A DNA stretch of 43,274 nt from Rhizobiaceae bacterium (GTDB lineage: Bacteria; Pseudomonadota; Alphaproteobacteria; Rhizobiales; Rhizobiaceae): assembly GCA_051959385.1 (NCBI GenBank), contig JBQCFH010000252.1:1-43274 (forward strand). Reading direction: 5' to 3'. Within the stretch, counting starts at the first letter, position 1; every line of letters begins with the position of its first letter. The translations under genes were made by a program, and so were the position numbers. Under the pieces are notes generated by a model, which was given only the letters and a program-made list of their open reading frames with translations, did no database searches and was not told the DNA's origin. Positions 10,420 through 20,406 of this stretch are shown here, piece by piece.

Positions 10420-10446
10420 AGCCCGGGCGCAGGCTGCGCTCGGGCT
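10420..10446 (+). other. Intercistronic stem-loop after pstS (probable mRNA-stabilising hairpin)
   Basis: agcccgggcgcag-g-ctgcgctcgggct inverted repeat. Confidence 0.65.
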
Positions 10447-10467
10447 TTACCGGCAGAGGGCCTGCCC

Positions 10468-11451
10468 ATGAGCGCAGTTCAGGATAGCATGGCGCGGCCG
10501 CGCGTCTCGCGCGACGCCACGGTACGCCGGTTCGCGCTGACCGACAGCATCTTTCACGCCCTGACCCGCTCGGCCGCCATCCTGGTGCTGCTGTTGCTCG
10601 GCGGCGTAGCGGTCTCGCTCGTCGCCGGCGCCTGGCCGGCGCTGTCGCATTTCGGCCCGGCCTTTCTCGTCACTGAGTCCTGGAACCCGGTTAAAGAAAA
10701 ATTCGGCGCGCTGGCGCCGATCTACGGCACCCTCGTCACCTCGGCGATTGCCATCCTCTTCGCCGTTCCGATCGGCATCGGCATCGCCATTTTCCTGACC
10801 GAGCTTTGCCCGCGCCCGCTCCGCCGCCCGATCGGGATGGCCGTCGAGCTTCTCGCCGGCATCCCGTCGATCATCTACGGCATCTGGGGCCTGTTCGTCT
10901 TCGCTCCCTTCATGCAGACGGCGGTCCAGCCCTTCGCGATCAAGCTCTTCCATGGCGTGCCGGGCCTCTCGACTCTGTTTGCCGGCCCGCCCTACGGCAT
11001 CGGCATCCTGACTGCGGGCCTGATCCTGGCGATCATGGTCCTCCCCTTCATTTCGTCCATCACCAGGGACGTGTTCGACACCGTGCCCGCCATGCTGAAG
11101 GAATCCGCCTACGGCATCGGCTGCACGACCTGGGAGGTCACGCGCCGCGTCGTCATTCCCTACACGCGCGCCGGCATCATGGGCGGCGTCATGCTTGGGC
11201 TCGGCCGCGCGCTGGGCGAGACCATGGCGGTCACCTTCGTGATCGGCAATGCGCACCGTATCCATGCCTCGCTCTTCGCGCCGGGCACCACCATCTCGGC
11301 TTCCATCGCCAACGAATTCACCGAAGCCGTCGGCGACCTTTACACCTCCTCGCTTGTCGCGCTCGGCCTGATCCTCTTCGTCATCACCTTCCTGATCCTC
11401 GCCGCGGCCCGCTTCATGCTGCTGCGGACGGGCCACAAGGCGGGAGCCTGA
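10468..11451 (+). CDS. pstC: Phosphate ABC transporter permease
   Basis: [31 protein letters not shown]. Confidence 0.96.
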   Translation: MSAVQDSMARPRVSRDATVRRFALTDSIFHALTRSAAILVLLLLGGVAVSLVAGAWPALSHFGPAFLVTESWNPVKEKFGALAPIYGTLVTSAIAILFAVPIGIGIAIFLTELCPRPLRRPIGMAVELLAGIPSIIYGIWGLFVFAPFMQTAVQPFAIKLFHGVPGLSTLFAGPPYGIGILTAGLILAIMVLPFISSITRDVFDTVPAMLKESAYGIGCTTWEVTRRVVIPYTRAGIMGGVMLGLGRALGETMAVTFVIGNAHRIHASLFAPGTTISASIANEFTEAVGDLYTSSLVALGLILFVITFLILAAARFMLLRTGHKAGA

Positions 11452-11453
11452 CC

Positions 11454-12299
11454 ATGGCGTCGGCATTGCATAGTCGCCGCAAGGCAAGGAATGCCCTTAT
11501 GATGGGCCTGTGCGTCGTCGCGGCGCTGATCGGCCTTGCCTGGCTGGCGCTCATCCTCGGGGCGCTCCTCTTTAACGGCCTGAGTGGCCTCGTACCCGCC
11601 GTGTTCACGCAGATGACGCCGCCGCCCGGCGAGGCAGGCGGCTTGCTCAACGCCATAGCCGGCAGCGTGCTGATGACGGTCATCGCCGTCGTCGTCGGCA
11701 CACCGATCGGCATCCTTGCCGGCACCTACATGGCCGAATACGGGCGCTTCTCGAGGCTGACGGTCGTCGTTCGCTTCATCAACGACATCCTGCTTTCCGC
11801 ACCGTCGATCATCGTCGGCCTGTTCGTCTATGTCCTGATGGTCAAGCCGATGGGGCATTTCGCGGCGATCGCCGGATCGATCGCCTTGTCGATCCTGGTC
11901 ATTCCGGTCGTCGTCCGCACCACCGAGGACATGCTGACCCTCGTCCCGAACGCGCTGCGCGAGGCCGGGACGGCGATCGGAGCGCCGCGCTGGGTGGTGA
12001 TCCGCTCGGTCGCCTACCGGGCCGCGCTTTCGGGCATCGTCACCGGCGTGCTCCTGGCGATAGCCCGTATTTCCGGCGAGACCGCGCCGCTTCTCTTCAC
12101 CGCGCTCAACAACCAGTTCTGGAACCTCGATCTCAACGCTCCGATCGCCAGCCTGCCGGTGACCATCTTCCAGTTCGCGCTCAGCCCCTACGCCGAATGG
12201 CAGCAGCTCGCCTGGACCGGGGCGCTGATCATCACCTTCGCCGTGCTCCTGCTCAGCATCGTGGCGCGCGCCCTCACCGTCCGGAGAAAGGACAGATGA
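11454..12299 (+). CDS. pstA: Phosphate ABC transporter permease
   Basis: ATG at 11454; [28 protein letters not shown]. Confidence 0.95.
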   Translation: MASALHSRRKARNALMMGLCVVAALIGLAWLALILGALLFNGLSGLVPAVFTQMTPPPGEAGGLLNAIAGSVLMTVIAVVVGTPIGILAGTYMAEYGRFSRLTVVVRFINDILLSAPSIIVGLFVYVLMVKPMGHFAAIAGSIALSILVIPVVVRTTEDMLTLVPNALREAGTAIGAPRWVVIRSVAYRAALSGIVTGVLLAIARISGETAPLLFTALNNQFWNLDLNAPIASLPVTIFQFALSPYAEWQQLAWTGALIITFAVLLLSIVARALTVRRKDR

Positions 12300-13102
12300 C
12301 ACAGATGATCTCGCCGGCATCGATCGCCGCCAGCCGTCCGACAACGGAGGACGTCAAGCTGGAGGTGCGCAACCTCAACTTCTTCTATGACCGCACGCGA
12401 GCGCTGAAAGAAATTTCGCTGGCGCTGCCCGCGAAGAGCGTCACCGCCTTCATCGGCCCGTCCGGCTGCGGCAAGTCGACCCTGCTTCGCATATTCAACC
12501 GCATCTACGAGCTATACCCGAAGCAGCGCGCCGAGGGCGAGGTGCTGCTCGACGGCCGCAACATCCTCGACAAGGGCCAGGATCTGAACCTGCTCCGCGC
12601 CCGGATCGGCATGGTGTTCCAGAAGCCGACGCCCTTCCCGATGTCGATCTACGAGAACATCGCCTTCGGCATAAGGCTCTACGAGAAGCTACCCAGATCC
12701 GAGGTCGACGGCCGCGTCGAGGAGGCCTTGAAGCGCGCGGCCCTGTGGACCGAGGTGAAGGACAAGCTGAACGCCAGCGGACTCAGCCTTTCCGGCGGCC
12801 AGCAGCAGCGGCTCTGCATCGCCCGAACGGTCGCCGTGAAGCCCGAAGTGATCCTGCTCGACGAGCCGGCTTCGGCGCTCGACCCCCTCTCGACGGCCAA
12901 GATCGAAGAGCTGATCGACGAGCTCAAGGCCGACTACACGATCGTCATCGTCACCCACAACATGCAGCAGGCCGCGCGCGTCTCCAGCCGCACCGCCTTC
13001 ATGTATCTCGGTGAGTTGATCGAATTCGATGAGACAGAGCGGATATTCACCTCGCCGCGGGACAAGCGGACCCAGGACTACATCACCGGCCGTTTCGGCT
13101 GA
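12296..13102 (+). CDS. pstB: Phosphate ABC transporter ATPase
   Basis: ATGA overlap with pstA; [36 protein letters not shown]. Confidence 0.97.
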   Translation: MTQMISPASIAASRPTTEDVKLEVRNLNFFYDRTRALKEISLALPAKSVTAFIGPSGCGKSTLLRIFNRIYELYPKQRAEGEVLLDGRNILDKGQDLNLLRARIGMVFQKPTPFPMSIYENIAFGIRLYEKLPRSEVDGRVEEALKRAALWTEVKDKLNASGLSLSGGQQQRLCIARTVAVKPEVILLDEPASALDPLSTAKIEELIDELKADYTIVIVTHNMQQAARVSSRTAFMYLGELIEFDETERIFTSPRDKRTQDYITGRFG

Positions 13103-13123
13103 TATCGCCCGACAGGATCGGAC

Positions 13124-13828
13124 ATGACAGAACATACGGTTGCCGCCTTCGACGAGGAGCTGAACGCCATCGATCGCCTGATCCGGGAGATGGGCGATCT
13201 CGCCGTTTCCATGGTCGGCTCAGCGACGCGCGCACTGCTCGAGCTCGATAATCCGCTCGCCCGGCATGTCGTCTTGCAGGACGGAATCATGGACGCCAGG
13301 CAGCGCGAGCTCGACGAGCGGGCGATCACGCTGATCGCCAGGCGTCAGCCGGTGGCGGCCGATCTGCGGTCGGTCGTCGGCGCCATCCGCATGGCGGCCG
13401 ACCTGGAGCGCATCGGCGATCTCGCCAAGAACATCGCCAAGCGCGTGGGGGCGGTCGGCGAAACGGTTGCGCCGCGCAAATTCACCCACAGCATCGACGC
13501 CATGACAGCGCTCGTGCTCGGGCAGGTCGACGGCGTCATCCGGAACTACGAGACGCGCGACGCCGAGGCCCTGACCGAGCTGCGCTCCGGCGACGAGAAG
13601 GTCGATATCCAGTATACGGCGGTGTTCCGCGAACTCCTCACCTACATGATGGAGGACTCGCGCAACATCACCGCCTGCACGCATCTCCTCTTCTGCGCCA
13701 AGAATCTCGAGCGCATCGGCGACCACGTTACCAACATCGTCGAAAACGCCTATTATGTCCTGACCGGCCGGCAGCTTCCGCCCGACCGGCCGAGAAAGGA
13801 CGAGACCGCGACCGTGCTGGCCGAATGA
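13124..13828 (+). CDS. phoU: Phosphate signalling protein
   Basis: RQPVAADLR, DLERIGDLAKNIA, KNLERIGDHVTNI. Confidence 0.96.
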   Translation: MTEHTVAAFDEELNAIDRLIREMGDLAVSMVGSATRALLELDNPLARHVVLQDGIMDARQRELDERAITLIARRQPVAADLRSVVGAIRMAADLERIGDLAKNIAKRVGAVGETVAPRKFTHSIDAMTALVLGQVDGVIRNYETRDAEALTELRSGDEKVDIQYTAVFRELLTYMMEDSRNITACTHLLFCAKNLERIGDHVTNIVENAYYVLTGRQLPPDRPRKDETATVLAE

Positions 13829-13841
13829 AGCGGGACGACCG

Positions 13842-14531
13842 ATGATCGCGCCCAGGATAATGGTGGTGGAGGACGAGGAGCCGCTCTGCGTGCTGCTTCG
13901 CTACAATCTCGAGGCTGAGGGCTACCAGGTCGAGACGGTCACGCGCGGCGACGAGGCCGAGCTCCGGCTTCAGGAGAACGTGCCGGACCTGCTTGTGCTC
14001 GACTGGATGCTGCCCGGCATCTCCGGCATCGAACTCTGCCGCCGGCTGAGGATCAGGCCGGAGACCGAGCGCCTGCCGGTCATCATGCTGACGGCGCGCG
14101 GCGAGGAGAGCGACCGCGTCCGCGGTCTCTCGACGGGCGCCGACGATTATCTGGTCAAGCCGTTTTCCATGCCGGAATTCATGGCGCGGGTCCGCGCGCT
14201 GCTCCGCCGCGCCAAGCCGGAGACGCTGGCAAACGTGCTCAAGGTCGGCGACATCGTGCTCGATCGCGAAACCCACCGCGTCTATCGCGGAAAGACCGAG
14301 ATCAGGCTCGGCCCGACCGAGTTCCGCCTGCTCGAGTTCCTGATGCGCAGCCCGGGCCGGGTGTTCTCGCGCGGCCAGTTGCTCGACAATGTCTGGGGCG
14401 AGACGATCTATATCGACGAGCGCACCGTCGACGTGCATGTCGGCCGCCTGCGCAAGGCGGTCAATAACGGCCGTATGCCCGATGTGATCCGCACCATCCG
14501 CGGCGCCGGCTACTCGATCCAGGAGGCGTGA
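13842..14531 (+). CDS. phoB: Phosphate regulon response regulator
   Basis: LDWMLPG, LGPTEFRLL, DERTVDVHVGRLRKA. Confidence 0.96.
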   Translation: MIAPRIMVVEDEEPLCVLLRYNLEAEGYQVETVTRGDEAELRLQENVPDLLVLDWMLPGISGIELCRRLRIRPETERLPVIMLTARGEESDRVRGLSTGADDYLVKPFSMPEFMARVRALLRRAKPETLANVLKVGDIVLDRETHRVYRGKTEIRLGPTEFRLLEFLMRSPGRVFSRGQLLDNVWGETIYIDERTVDVHVGRLRKAVNNGRMPDVIRTIRGAGYSIQEA

Positions 14532-14540
14532 GCCGCCGCG

Positions 14541-16412
14541 CTACTGGGCGCAGGGATACCAATACTTGGCCGCCGGCGCGCCGCGTTCGATGCGCACGAA
14601 ATTGTTGGCGAAGACACGGTAGGGCGCGCTCCATTCGCCGTCCGGCCATTTGACGCGGATCGAGGCGCGCTCCGCCGTGCCTAGCCCCACATGCACGAAT
14701 CCGCCATGGCCGGAGGCATGGCCGCCGCCGACCTCTACCGTCTGGTTCGACGTATGGGTGCCCCAGCGCACCGAGATTTCCGCGCCGACGGCATTCTCGT
14801 TGGGCCCTTTCTGGTAGAGTTCGACCGAAACGAAATTGCCCATCGGCCGCGTGCCGTAGGGCGTTGCCGCACCCATGTTCCGGAACAGGCTCGCCCTCTG
14901 CTCGCGATTGACGACAAAAAGATCGAGCATGCCGTCCATGTTGAAGTCCTCGACCACGGCACCGCGCCCCTTGGTCGGCAGGTCGATGCCGGCCTCGTGC
15001 CCGGCCTCGATGAAGCCGCCGTCCCACTGGCCGAGCAGGAGATTGTCCGGATCGACCGCGGCGAAGTCCGGCATCTGCTCGACATTGCCCTTCGCGATAT
15101 AGAGGTCGAGCAGGCCGTCATTGTTGAAATCGGCGAATTCCGAATGCCACCCCGTCGACGGCTTCAGATCGTTGCCCTCATAGGGGCGGTGCGCCGTCGC
15201 GCCCTTCTCGAAGGCGATGTCGCGGTAGACGGGCTCGCCTTCCTCCGCATCGCGATCGAGCGCCTGCAGCTTGGTGTCGCCCATCGAGGTGATGGCGTAT
15301 TCGGGATAGCCGTCGCCGTCGAGATCCGCCTCGGCGATGCCCATGCCCCATATGGTCAGATGCCGCCAGCCGTCGGCGCGCGTGTAGAGCCTCGGAGGCT
15401 TTCCCGGATCGATACGCCAGAGCTGCTCCTCGCCGCCACGGTAATATTGCCGGTCGTTGGCGACGCGGAGCGACGGCGTGCCGGACTTGTCCCAGTCGGT
15501 GAACAGCATCGAAAGCGCGCAATAGCCCGGCTTCAATGGCAGCGGCGCGGAGTAGTCCGGGCTCTCGCCCGGCTGCGGACGGTAGAGCATGTTGTCCGCG
15601 CAGGTGCCCCATGGCGATCCCGGCGCTGCGCGGTCGACATAATTGCCGAAGGCGAGCGTCGGGAACTTCTGGCCGGCCTCGAAGGTCGCGGCGAAGGACG
15701 TCGTCCAGCTCCTGCCGCCGTCGAAGGCCATGATGCGGTTCGCCTTGGTGAAGGTGCAGTCCGGCCCGCCCTTCAGGATGATGTTCTCGCCGAGCCTCAG
15801 CAGCACCAGGTCACGATACCCGTCATTATCGATGTCGATCGGGTAGGCGCCGAGGACATTCACGAGGTCGCGCGGCTCGACGCCGATCGGCTTCGCCTCG
15901 AAATGCAGCGCGCCGCCGATCTCGCTATGGTTGACATAGAGCGTCGCCGGATTCTTACCGCCGGCGACGAAAAGGTCGGGGAAGCGATCGCCATTGCAGT
16001 CGAGCGACGCCGCCCCGCCTCCGACGAAGAATTCCCACGGCCCGCCATAGACATGGTCGATGCCGGCGGCGAGCGCCTCTTCGTGCATTTTCGGAACGTC
16101 GTTGGGGAGCGGATTCGGCGAGCGATCTTCCGCCAGAGCGGAGAGCGAGAAGAGAAGGCACCAGCTGAAAATCACTACGGCAAATGTCGCACCCCACCCG
16201 CGCCTTCGGCGCGACCTCCCCGTCGAGGGGAGGTGGGGGTGCGTTGTATGTCGCCCGGGCGCAAGAAGCCCACAAACATCGAAACACCAAAAGCGGAGCA
16301 GGTTTCGGCACCCTACCTCCCCTCGACGGGGAGGTCGCGCCGAAGGCGCGGGTGGGGTGAAATCCACCAGAGAGGACTCTGCCGCATCCGGCACGAGAAC
16401 GAACAATTTCAT
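14541..16412 (-). CDS. CRTAC1-family secreted protein (FG-GAP/VCBS-like repeats plus C-terminal ASPIC/UnbV domain)
   Basis: Repeated DxNxDG motifs (DCNGD, DIDNDG, DLDGDG, DFNNDG, DFNMDG); C-terminal NENAVGA...GGGHASG..HVGLG...VKWPDG; ATG overlaps upstream stop (ATGA). Confidence 0.88.
   Translation of the reverse strand: MKLFVLVPDAAESSLVDFTPPAPSARPPRRGEVGCRNLLRFWCFDVCGLLAPGRHTTHPHLPSTGRSRRRRGWGATFAVVIFSWCLLFSLSALAEDRSPNPLPNDVPKMHEEALAAGIDHVYGGPWEFFVGGGAASLDCNGDRFPDLFVAGGKNPATLYVNHSEIGGALHFEAKPIGVEPRDLVNVLGAYPIDIDNDGYRDLVLLRLGENIILKGGPDCTFTKANRIMAFDGGRSWTTSFAATFEAGQKFPTLAFGNYVDRAAPGSPWGTCADNMLYRPQPGESPDYSAPLPLKPGYCALSMLFTDWDKSGTPSLRVANDRQYYRGGEEQLWRIDPGKPPRLYTRADGWRHLTIWGMGIAEADLDGDGYPEYAITSMGDTKLQALDRDAEEGEPVYRDIAFEKGATAHRPYEGNDLKPSTGWHSEFADFNNDGLLDLYIAKGNVEQMPDFAAVDPDNLLLGQWDGGFIEAGHEAGIDLPTKGRGAVVEDFNMDGMLDLFVVNREQRASLFRNMGAATPYGTRPMGNFVSVELYQKGPNENAVGAEISVRWGTHTSNQTVEVGGGHASGHGGFVHVGLGTAERASIRVKWPDGEWSAPYRVFANNFVRIERGAPAAKYWYPCAQ
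16190..16359. repeat. REP-doublet/RIME-like palindromic element: perfect 45-bp inverted repeats (16190-16234, 16315-16359) around an 80-bp spacer, inside the CRTAC1 reading frame
   Basis: caccccacccgcgccttcggcgcgacctccccgtcgaggggaggt and its exact reverse complement; each arm holds two small hairpins (cgcgcc-ttc-ggcgcg; acctcccc-gtcga-ggggaggt). Confidence 0.92.
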
Positions 16413-17830
16413 GGCTCGATCACCAGCGTCCTGAGGAAGGCGATCAGCGCGTCGCGGTCGGCATCGGGAGCCGCGGCATAGGCGTCGCGCGCCTTCCTGC
16501 CTTCGCCGCCATGCGCCCGGATAACCGCGTCGAGCGAAGCCAGGTCGTTGCGATGGCCGTAGGGCGCGGTCGAGGCGACACCCCACAATTCGCCGGTCAT
16601 GAAGACATCGCGCTCGACGAAGCGCTGCGCCAGGAGTTCGTTGCCGAGCGTGGCGACCTGCTGGTCGGCGATCTTGTGCCGCTTGAGGTCGCCGAAGAGC
16701 GGCACCAGCACCTCGCCATTGGCGTTGCGCGGTAGCCTTTTCGCCCAGTCGAGCAGGGCAAGGTCGTAGATGGCGGGCTGGCGCACGTCCGGCGTCCTGA
16801 GCGTTCCCGCCATGTCGTCCGGGCCGGGATCGGCAAAGGCGAGCGACTTGAGCGGCAGCGACGGCCGGTGGCACTCCGCGCAGCCGAGCGAGGTGAACAC
16901 GCCCTGCCCGCGCGTCGCGGCCGCCTTCCAGGCCGGGTCGTCCGGTTCCTTCCGGATCGGCGGCGGCAGCGTTGCCTGGAACGCCACCAGCGCCGACACG
17001 TCGCCCTCGGAAATCTCGTCGTCGACGCCGTCGCCGTCGAAATCCCTCGAGCCGGTCCAGCGCGGGCCGAAGCGTTCATCCGCCTCCATGCCGTGATGCT
17101 GGTTGAGCGCGTTGATCGTGAACTGGCGGATCGACGTCATGACGCCCTTCTGGCTGAACGGCCGCACCACCAGATCCGCGTCGACCCCGTCCACCTCCGA
17201 GAGATCGACCACGCCGTCCGGCACAGCGGTGATCTTGCCGAAATCGACGCCCTTGGCGGCGAGCGGCGCGACCACGGGCTTGCCCATCCGGTGCGCCTCC
17301 TCGATCGCCTTCGCGCGGATCGCCTGGAGATCGGTCGTCATTTCGCGGGCGAGAAGTTCGATCAGGCCGGCGCCGAACATATGGTTCGTGCCCCGTTCGT
17401 TGGAGAATTGCGGATCGGTGCTGTCGAACTCCGCGCTTTCGAATCCCTCCGAGACGAAAACATTGGCGACGAAGTCGCCGGCGCCGCCGGCGGCCGGCTG
17501 GTTGTGGCAGCCCGAGCAGGCATTGGCCTCGTCGCCATGGGTACGGTCGAACAGGGTCTCGGGCGCGTGCTTCCTGTGGGTGGGGATGATCGCCTGCGTG
17601 GCGAGCGGGCGACCCGCGCCGTCGGCTTCGGTGAAGCGCCCCGTGAAGAGCTCCTCGCCCCGCTTGCGAAGTGCCTCCAGCGCCTGGCTGTCGAGTCGCC
17701 CCTGAAGCTTCGCTTCGTCGACATGTTCCCTGATGACGCGCTCATCCCAGGGCTTCGCCGCCCCGCCGGCATAGGCCATACCGGAAGCGGCGAGCAGTGC
17801 GGCCGCGCAAAAACCGGGCAGTTTCTTCAT
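16409..17830 (-). CDS. Periplasmic di-heme cytochrome c enzyme (DHOR / bCcP-MauG-like)
   Basis: Signal peptide [21 protein letters not shown]; CSGCH (17504-17518) and CAECH (16868-16882); FGAGLIE, DLKRH, LWGVASTAPYGH; ATGA overlaps at both ends. Confidence 0.85.
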   Translation of the reverse strand: MKKLPGFCAAALLAASGMAYAGGAAKPWDERVIREHVDEAKLQGRLDSQALEALRKRGEELFTGRFTEADGAGRPLATQAIIPTHRKHAPETLFDRTHGDEANACSGCHNQPAAGGAGDFVANVFVSEGFESAEFDSTDPQFSNERGTNHMFGAGLIELLAREMTTDLQAIRAKAIEEAHRMGKPVVAPLAAKGVDFGKITAVPDGVVDLSEVDGVDADLVVRPFSQKGVMTSIRQFTINALNQHHGMEADERFGPRWTGSRDFDGDGVDDEISEGDVSALVAFQATLPPPIRKEPDDPAWKAAATRGQGVFTSLGCAECHRPSLPLKSLAFADPGPDDMAGTLRTPDVRQPAIYDLALLDWAKRLPRNANGEVLVPLFGDLKRHKIADQQVATLGNELLAQRFVERDVFMTGELWGVASTAPYGHRNDLASLDAVIRAHGGEGRKARDAYAAAPDADRDALIAFLRTLVIEP

Positions 17831-19071
17831 GCGACGGCCCTCCCGCGGGACACGGCGGGCGCCGGATTGCCCGTCGCAAAGACTTCCTGGTCGAGGAAGG
17901 TGAGCGCGCGCATGGCGCATCCCTCGCGGATGAGCGGAAGCTGATCCGGCTCGGTCGCGAAGGAAATCGCCTCCTCGTGCTGGCCGCCCACCGTCCTGGC
18001 AATGGCGGCGCGCATCGATCCCTCGATCAGGTCGAAGGCGCGCGCGCCAATGCCGACCATCGCCACCGGCGCCGGGTCGATCAGCGCGAACAGGCTGCCG
18101 AGCCCGAAGCCGATCGCCTCCCCCGCCTTGGCGTAGGCCGCCCGCTCCGGCCCGTCATGCGCGCGCGCCGCATCGGCCAGCGCCAGCATGTCCTGATCCT
18201 CGATGTCGGCGACGAAGCTGTCGCCGTCCGGCAGGCGGCGGGCGTTGCGCCAGATCGCGTAGTTGCCGGCATAGGCCTCGATGCAGCCGCGCCGCCCGCA
18301 GCGGCAAAGCGCGCCGTTCGGCACATGGATCATGTGGCCGAACTCGCCGCCGGAGGACTGCGTCCCGGTGAAGAGTTCACCGTTCAGGAAGAGCCCCATG
18401 CCGATGCCGTTCGACAGGAGGACGGAAATGAAATTGTCGCGATAACGTTCCGGATCGCGCCAGCGCAGCGCAACCGCCATCATGTTGCAATCGTTTTCGA
18501 CCGTGACCGGCACGCCGATCGCCTTCTCCAGCGCCTCCCCGAAACGGACGTCGCGCTGCGGCGTGATCGGCGACCACAGCATGGTCGAACCGGCCGAATC
18601 GGCGACGCCCTGCACGGCGAAGGACACGCGCATCACCTTCCGGCCAGCCGGTCCGCCCTTGGCGACAAGACGGCCAACGATCCCGACCGCCTCGGCGATC
18701 AGCTCATCCCCGCCCATGGTCATAGTGGGCAGCCGCCGATGCTCCTCCTCCACGACGTTCCCCGCGTAATCGATGAGGGTCGCGGAAAGCGAGTTGAGCG
18801 CCAGCAGGATGGTGATGACAGAGCTCGTCTGCGGATTGAGGCCGAGCGCTACCTGCGGCCGCCCGCGTTTCGACGCCGACATCTCGCCCTTGATCTCGAC
18901 CAGTATGCCTTCCTCGATCAGATCGGCGGCAATGGCCGAAATGGTCGAATGGCTGAGCCCGGTGGTCCCGGCTATTTCCGTGCGCGACGGCTGCCGGGCC
19001 CGGCGGACGGCCGAAATCACCATGGCGCGGTTGCGGCGCCTGAGATCGTCGTGACGGATCCCGACGGTCAT
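17827..19071 (-). CDS. ROK-family transcriptional repressor (XylR-like)
   Basis: N-terminal HTH (SRTEIA..TGLS..TIS, RGRP), [24 protein letters not shown] zinc motif. Confidence 0.93.
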   Translation of the reverse strand: MTVGIRHDDLRRRNRAMVISAVRRARQPSRTEIAGTTGLSHSTISAIAADLIEEGILVEIKGEMSASKRGRPQVALGLNPQTSSVITILLALNSLSATLIDYAGNVVEEEHRRLPTMTMGGDELIAEAVGIVGRLVAKGGPAGRKVMRVSFAVQGVADSAGSTMLWSPITPQRDVRFGEALEKAIGVPVTVENDCNMMAVALRWRDPERYRDNFISVLLSNGIGMGLFLNGELFTGTQSSGGEFGHMIHVPNGALCRCGRRGCIEAYAGNYAIWRNARRLPDGDSFVADIEDQDMLALADAARAHDGPERAAYAKAGEAIGFGLGSLFALIDPAPVAMVGIGARAFDLIEGSMRAAIARTVGGQHEEAISFATEPDQLPLIREGCAMRALTFLDQEVFATGNPAPAVSRGRAVA

Positions 19072-19140
19072 TTTCGCGATTTCCTCCCTGCGATCGGCCC
19101 CGGCAACTGTCCTGGCCGGCACCGATCGCTCTGCGACATA

Positions 19141-19169
19141 TTGACATGGAACACGGAGTGAGTCATTCT
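19141..19169 (+). promoter_or_regulatory. Putative sigma70 promoter of the sugar ABC operon
   Basis: TTGACA-N17-CATTCT. Confidence 0.65.
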
Positions 19170-19193
19170 TTTTTTCGAGGCTCGAAAAAAAGA
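19167..19193. promoter_or_regulatory. Perfect palindromic operator, probably for the ROK repressor
   Basis: TCTTTTTTTCGAG-G-CTCGAAAAAAAGA (13-1-13), overlapping the predicted -10/+1. Confidence 0.8.
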
Positions 19194-19250
19194 GCTTCTT
19201 ACGGGCCGCGGTCCATGTGTAGCGCGCCGGATCGGCGCAGGGAGGAAATC

Positions 19251-20294
19251 ATGAGAAAGTTTACGGCCGCCTTGCTGGCGGGCGCCGCCATCACGCTTTC
19301 GTTCGCGACGCTTGCGCAGGCCAAGGACAAGATCATCGGCGTATCGTGGTCCAACTTCCAGGAAGAGCGCTGGAAGACCGACGAGGCCGCGATCAAGAAG
19401 CAGCTCGAGGCCAATGGCGACAAGTATATTTCCGCCGACGCCCAGTCCTCCGCGGAAAAGCAGTTGAGCGACGTGGAGAGCCTGATCTCGCAGGGCGCCA
19501 ACGCCCTGATCGTGCTGGCGCAGGACGCTTCGGCCATCGGTCCCGCCATCCAGAAGGCGACGGACGAAGGCATTCCGGTGGTCGGCTACGACCGGCTGAT
19601 CGAGAACCCGAACGCCTTCTATCTGACCTTCGACAACAAGGAAGTGGGCCGCATGCAGGCGCGCGCGGTCTTTGCCGTGAAGCCGGAGGGCAACTACGCC
19701 TTCATCAAGGGCTCGTCGGCCGACCCGAACGCGGACTTCCTGTTCTCCGGCCAGATGGAGGTGCTCAAGGACGCCATCGATTCCGGCAAGATCAAGAATG
19801 TCGGCGAAGCCTATACCGACGGCTGGCTGCCGGCGAACGCGCAGAAGAACATGGAGCAGATCCTGACGCAGAACAACAACAAGGTCGACGCGGTCGTCGC
19901 CTCCAATGACGGAACCGCCGGCGGCGCCATCGCCGCGCTGGCCGCCCAGGGCCTAGCGGGCTCGGTCCCGGTTTCCGGCCAGGACGGCGACCATGCCGCG
20001 CTGAACCGCATCGCGCTCGGGACGCAGACCGTCTCGGTGTGGAAGGATGCGCGCGAGCTCGGCAAGAAGGCCGCCGAAATCGCCTCCATGCTCGCCGACG
20101 GCAAGAAGATGACGGATATCCCCGGCGTCCAGAAATTCGACGGCGGGCCGAAGCACGTCGAGATGAACTCGATCTTCCTGAAGCCGATCCCGATCACCAA
20201 GGACAATCTCGACGTGGTGATCAATGCCGGCTGGATCACCAAGGACGAGGTCTGCCAAGGCGTGAAGCCCGGCTCGGTGAAGGTCTGCGGCTAG
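19251..20294 (+). CDS. xylF: D-xylose-type ABC transporter substrate-binding protein
   Basis: Signal peptide; [33 protein letters not shown]; GGGAGGAAATC RBS. Confidence 0.85.
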   Translation: MRKFTAALLAGAAITLSFATLAQAKDKIIGVSWSNFQEERWKTDEAAIKKQLEANGDKYISADAQSSAEKQLSDVESLISQGANALIVLAQDASAIGPAIQKATDEGIPVVGYDRLIENPNAFYLTFDNKEVGRMQARAVFAVKPEGNYAFIKGSSADPNADFLFSGQMEVLKDAIDSGKIKNVGEAYTDGWLPANAQKNMEQILTQNNNKVDAVVASNDGTAGGAIAALAAQGLAGSVPVSGQDGDHAALNRIALGTQTVSVWKDARELGKKAAEIASMLADGKKMTDIPGVQKFDGGPKHVEMNSIFLKPIPITKDNLDVVINAGWITKDEVCQGVKPGSVKVCG

Positions 20295-20313
20295 CTCGCA
20301 TTTGGACGAGCGC

Positions 20314-20344
20314 GCCACCGCGGTTTGACCGAAACCGCGGTGGC
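20314..20344 (+). other. Intercistronic stem-loop after the binding-protein gene
   Basis: gccaccgcggttt-gaccg-aaaccgcggtggc, 13-bp perfect stem. Confidence 0.7.
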
Positions 20345-20406
20345 CACGTATCATAGCGTCAGCGCGGTGAACGCGGCGACCCGCGAGGCCGCGCGGGGAG
20401 GAAGCC

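Noticed and set aside
10806-11453. N-terminal extension of PstA; likewise 23383-24894 for the HWE kinase
   Set aside because: Out-of-frame overlap with neighbouring real genes; proper starts with RBS lie downstream.
16190-16359. Considered as CRISPR repeat or IS/MITE ends
   Set aside because: Only two copies, inverted rather than direct; no cas or transposase in the window; no clear target-site duplication seen.
14541-16874. 777-aa version of the CRTAC1 protein
   Set aside because: First 154 codons overlap the di-heme gene in another frame; ATGA coupling points to 16412.
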